A DNA stretch of 56,274 nt, the filler included, from Bipalium vagum (taxonomy: Eukaryota), in the NCBI GenBank assembly GCA_037834085.1. It is 3 parts of 3 records of this genome, joined end to end, with 100 filler letters (N's around TTAATTAATTAA, not from the genome) between each part and the next. Parts side by side here need not be neighbours in the genome. Positions count along the whole stretch, not along the records: positions 40,162 to 56,274 come from JBBMKC010126498.1; 2 more parts are not named here. One strand, given 5' to 3'. The notes under the pieces were generated by a model. It was given only the letters and a program-made list of their open reading frames with translations, did not search any database and had not been told where the DNA came from. A program made the position numbers and the translations under genes. Below are positions 52,865 to 56,274 of this stretch, piece after piece (position 1 is the stretch's first letter; every line of letters begins with the position of its first letter).

Positions 52865-54249
52865 CTGGAACAATAAATATTCGATCAACGAAATCAATGG
52901 CCAAACGATTTTATTAGCAAGAATAGAAATAACATAAAATATAAGATAACTGTTTTAATTAGTTGATTTTAATTTGCAAGTCTGCATAATTTTAAAATTG
53001 TACATAAATAATTAAATAATGTGAGTAACTTTGATTAAATTTCTTTCAAAAATAAGTTTCAATCGTTTTAATTATGAAAAAACTTTATCTTGGAAAAATA
53101 TTCATTAAAATTTGTATGTTAATACTTCATATTTTAATGCTTTTCAAAAAGGAATGTCATCTTATTTTGTAGAGGATCGAAGAATTGATATTGTCTTGTA
53201 AAAATGTTGTATTTGTACATTTTTATGTCTGAAGAGATTTAAAATAAATTGTCCTTGAGTTTGATTTTGTAAAATAAAAAAATCTGCTGAAACTTAATAA
53301 AAATCGTCATTTTTTATGAGACAACATAATATTTTGTTTTACTGTAAACATTAAGATTTAAATATGGAAAATCAGCCACGGCGTAGAAATGGTAAATTTT
53401 TTTATTTTAAAAGATGAATAACTTGACGATGGATTTTCAAGAAAAATAATCTTTATCAAATATATATTTTCCCCTCTGGTCCCTATGTTAATCAACAAAA
53501 TTGTGGATTTTTAGACCCGAAAACCTTAAAATAATGAACGAGTTTCAAATTCAGTCAGAGTAGTTCAGTGTTGTGGATTTTGCATATAAATAAAATTATA
53601 CTTTGCTAACAAAATAAAATTTTCACTTTATTTATAATCTATCACACTCATAATAATAAAATTAGAAACAACTAAATTAATAAAAAATTTATGTGAAACT
53701 TTAAAAATAAATTATCAGCATGCCTTAGAGATGGCTTTTTCTAAAGTGAAAAAAGACAAGACTAAAAAGTGTTAGACAAGATGTCATTTACTGAAATAAT
53801 GTATTTAATATTTTATCGCTTAAAAATATGATTTTATTTATGACTTATAATTAGTAAAAAACTTATATAATTCAGAAACAGTTTTAAAATTAATTATGAG
53901 ACTAAATTTTGTGAAAATCAATATATTTTATACATATATAAATATATATTGATGTGATATAAGACAATAAGTTTCTTAATTTTTTCTTTATTAAAAAAAA
54001 CTTTTCGGGGCAGTCTTTGACATCATTTTGAACCTCTAGAAAAGGTAAATCTTTTTGAGTTGTTGATTTTTTTTATTTGTAATTTTATATTTTACCATGT
54101 AAAATGAGAAATGTAAAATTCACAAAATCGATCTTATTATTTCATTATTGAAAAAAATAATTTATAACAGCTGCACCTCTCGAAAAAGGTTAATCAAAAT
54201 TCAAATATTTAGTGAAAAATAGTACAGAACAAGCAAGAACGTTCAGTCC

Positions 54250-54620
54250 GACCATCATTAATAAATAAAAAGATAATGAGTACCAAGGTGGAGCAACATT
54301 CCTATTTTAACACCAATAAACTGTCGAACCAACTAGGTCCTTCAGAATATATATTCCAGTTCGATATTTTTCGCAAAGTCTTCACTAATCTATGATACAT
54401 TCGGTTTTAGAAACAAAATGTTGCAGGAAACGAAAAGTGAGTTTTCTTCTCTAGCTAAACCAGCTATACAGTGGCTGTGACCTGATCAACCGAATAAATA
54501 TGTTGTTCGTATTCGATCCTTCAAGGGTCCTGTCCACTGTGAATTCAATCCAGACGACCAAGACATGATGAACACACGGTAGCTCGCCTTGGTGAATCGT
54601 GGAAGAGTATTTCTATAATA
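54250..54620 (-). mobile_element. Possible highly decayed non-LTR retrotransposon RT fragment
   Basis: GC-richer island whose minus strand loosely gives GV..G..L.P..(I)FLFIND, like the LINE RT GVPQG..LSP.LF...IND motif. Confidence 0.3.
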
Positions 54621-54977
54621 AGTCAATGCTCTAGTTCATATTTCTCGAAAGGTACAACATTTTGTACTAAAGTCCTTCTACACCCTTACATTGTCTTTCC
54701 ATTTGATTTCCACTAGTTTCTTTCTTTATCATATTTCCTTTAAAATTATGTTTCCCTTCTTATAAAGAGAAAAAGAGTTCTTTGTCTCAAAATCATTGTA
54801 GGGTACCATTGTGCTATCGAATTAGTGACTCATAGATGGCTCATAAAAATTAAAAATGATGAATTGCACTTTGAAGAATGGATGTAATTTTGTTTGAGAT
54901 TTCTCTGTTATTGAATTTTTTGAAAAAAAATGCTGATAACACAATAATTATAATAATATTAGTAAAAATTATAATAA

Positions 54978-54978
54978 T

Positions 54979-55008
<30 letters not shown>
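54978..55008. repeat. (AAT)n microsatellite
   Basis: Direct reading; it explains the poly-Ile ORF 54878-55096. Confidence 0.9.
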
Positions 55009-55009
<1 letters not shown>

Positions 55010-56274
55010 CAATCAAAAAGAACAATTAGGTTTTCATTGAATTTAATAATCGGAATTCAATTACTCGCTTTATCATTTATCAAGCTGAGAAAATAGAGAA
55101 AAATATCTAAATCGTTGTCATTTAGCTACAGTAATGAAAAAGAAAGAAATATGTAAATTAACTGAGATTTTTAAAAACTTTATAAATATTAATTATAAAA
55201 TAAATTTACATATGATAATAATTTATTCAAATCATGTTCCAGCTTTTCGTAATGTGTTGTAGAGCTGCAGCTAATTTCCATTCAATTCACACGAGACTTG
55301 CGTTGTTCAATAATTTTATCAATAATTAGAGGTGATAAGAATGGATTCCCCAAATCGAAAAATAATCGGACTTGAAGGGAAGGAAGTTCATAATTAAATT
55401 AGAAAATTATGTTTAATAATTATGGATATTAAAATTATAAACATTAATGTCTCTAGCACGACCATATGATCATTATTGATTATTTCGTTCAATAAAATCA
55501 TAATACTCCTCGACTTAATTATGTCATATATTTGCAGAGCTTGTAGCGCTATATCGATTCAAGACTCAACAATCACAGCTCATTAAGGTTCTCAACCAAC
55601 TCGTTTTTGATTTATACCATTCACTGCATAGCATCTCGGACAAGATAGTAAGCGGTAAATAAAATATTTACTATATTTTCTTCCAGGAACAGAGAGTAAA
55701 TCGTTAATTTATATTGTTTAATGGAACAACATATCCTGTCAAACGAATGTGATTAAATAAGGTTTCAATTCAACAACTAACTGAATCAGACATGAGTCAG
55801 ATTTTTCCTCGGAGAAATTTTTTCTATTATGGATCATAGTACCCTCGTTATACCTGTCATATTTCAAATTATGATCCGCTTTCGTGCTAACTTGAGTAAT
55901 AGATATTTTGCAGGTCATAAAAGGATAAAAATAGAAAGACATAAAATATATGCAGCAAAAACGAGCTATATTAATACCAATTTTAATTTCTGAAAAAAAT
56001 TCTTCAGGAATAATTATTGACTCATTCAATTTTCACAATCTTTTGTCAGAAAATTTCTGTTTCTCAGCTTTTGACACCTCCATTGAATTAAGTGGACCAG
56101 AAGGTAAAGTTGTTGTTTTGTTTAAATACTTCATTAAATTTTTCATTTGATTGATAATTTTAAAATCAATCGAAATACATTTTAAAGTTAAAGTAACTTA
56201 ACGGGTGATGCATAAAAAAGTGCACGACTTTTATCTTTCTAAAATTTGTATTTATGCATTATACTTTAATAGAC

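Noticed and set aside
55739-56150. ORFs near the window end as upstream EVI5 (TBC domain) exons
   Set aside because: No TBC motifs or consistent splice sites; at most a faint resemblance to a decayed hAT transposase N-terminus.
1-56274. CRISPR array, rRNA, intact tRNA or prokaryotic defence operon
   Set aside because: No repeat-spacer array or intact structural RNA was seen, and spliceosomal introns show that the DNA is eukaryotic.

Overview
Very AT-rich eukaryotic (invertebrate-like) genomic DNA containing two 100-nt artificial scaffold gaps (17732-17831, 40062-40161). There are two host genes, both on the minus strand. The first is a complete spliced cytoplasmic dynein-1 heavy chain gene (39368 to 19970, 27 exons that I traced by hand, all introns GT-AG, many only 41-60 nt). 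The second is the 3' part of an EVI5-like Rab-GAP gene (52864 to 41420). The rest is decayed mobile DNA: a Ty3/gypsy gag-pol, Tc1, mariner, rosa-like, pogo/Tigger and hAT fragments, a MITE, and a Polinton/adintovirus-like remnant (minor capsid plus packaging ATPase). The most interesting observation is a hidden 78-nt exon (21998-21921) inside dynein intron 23. It resembles the start of the next exon and runs into an in-frame stop if unspliced. It could produce a fungal-style dynein lacking the ~316-aa C-terminal cap, or act as a 26-aa cassette at the AAA6/C-sequence junction. All family assignments come from motif recognition, not database searches.
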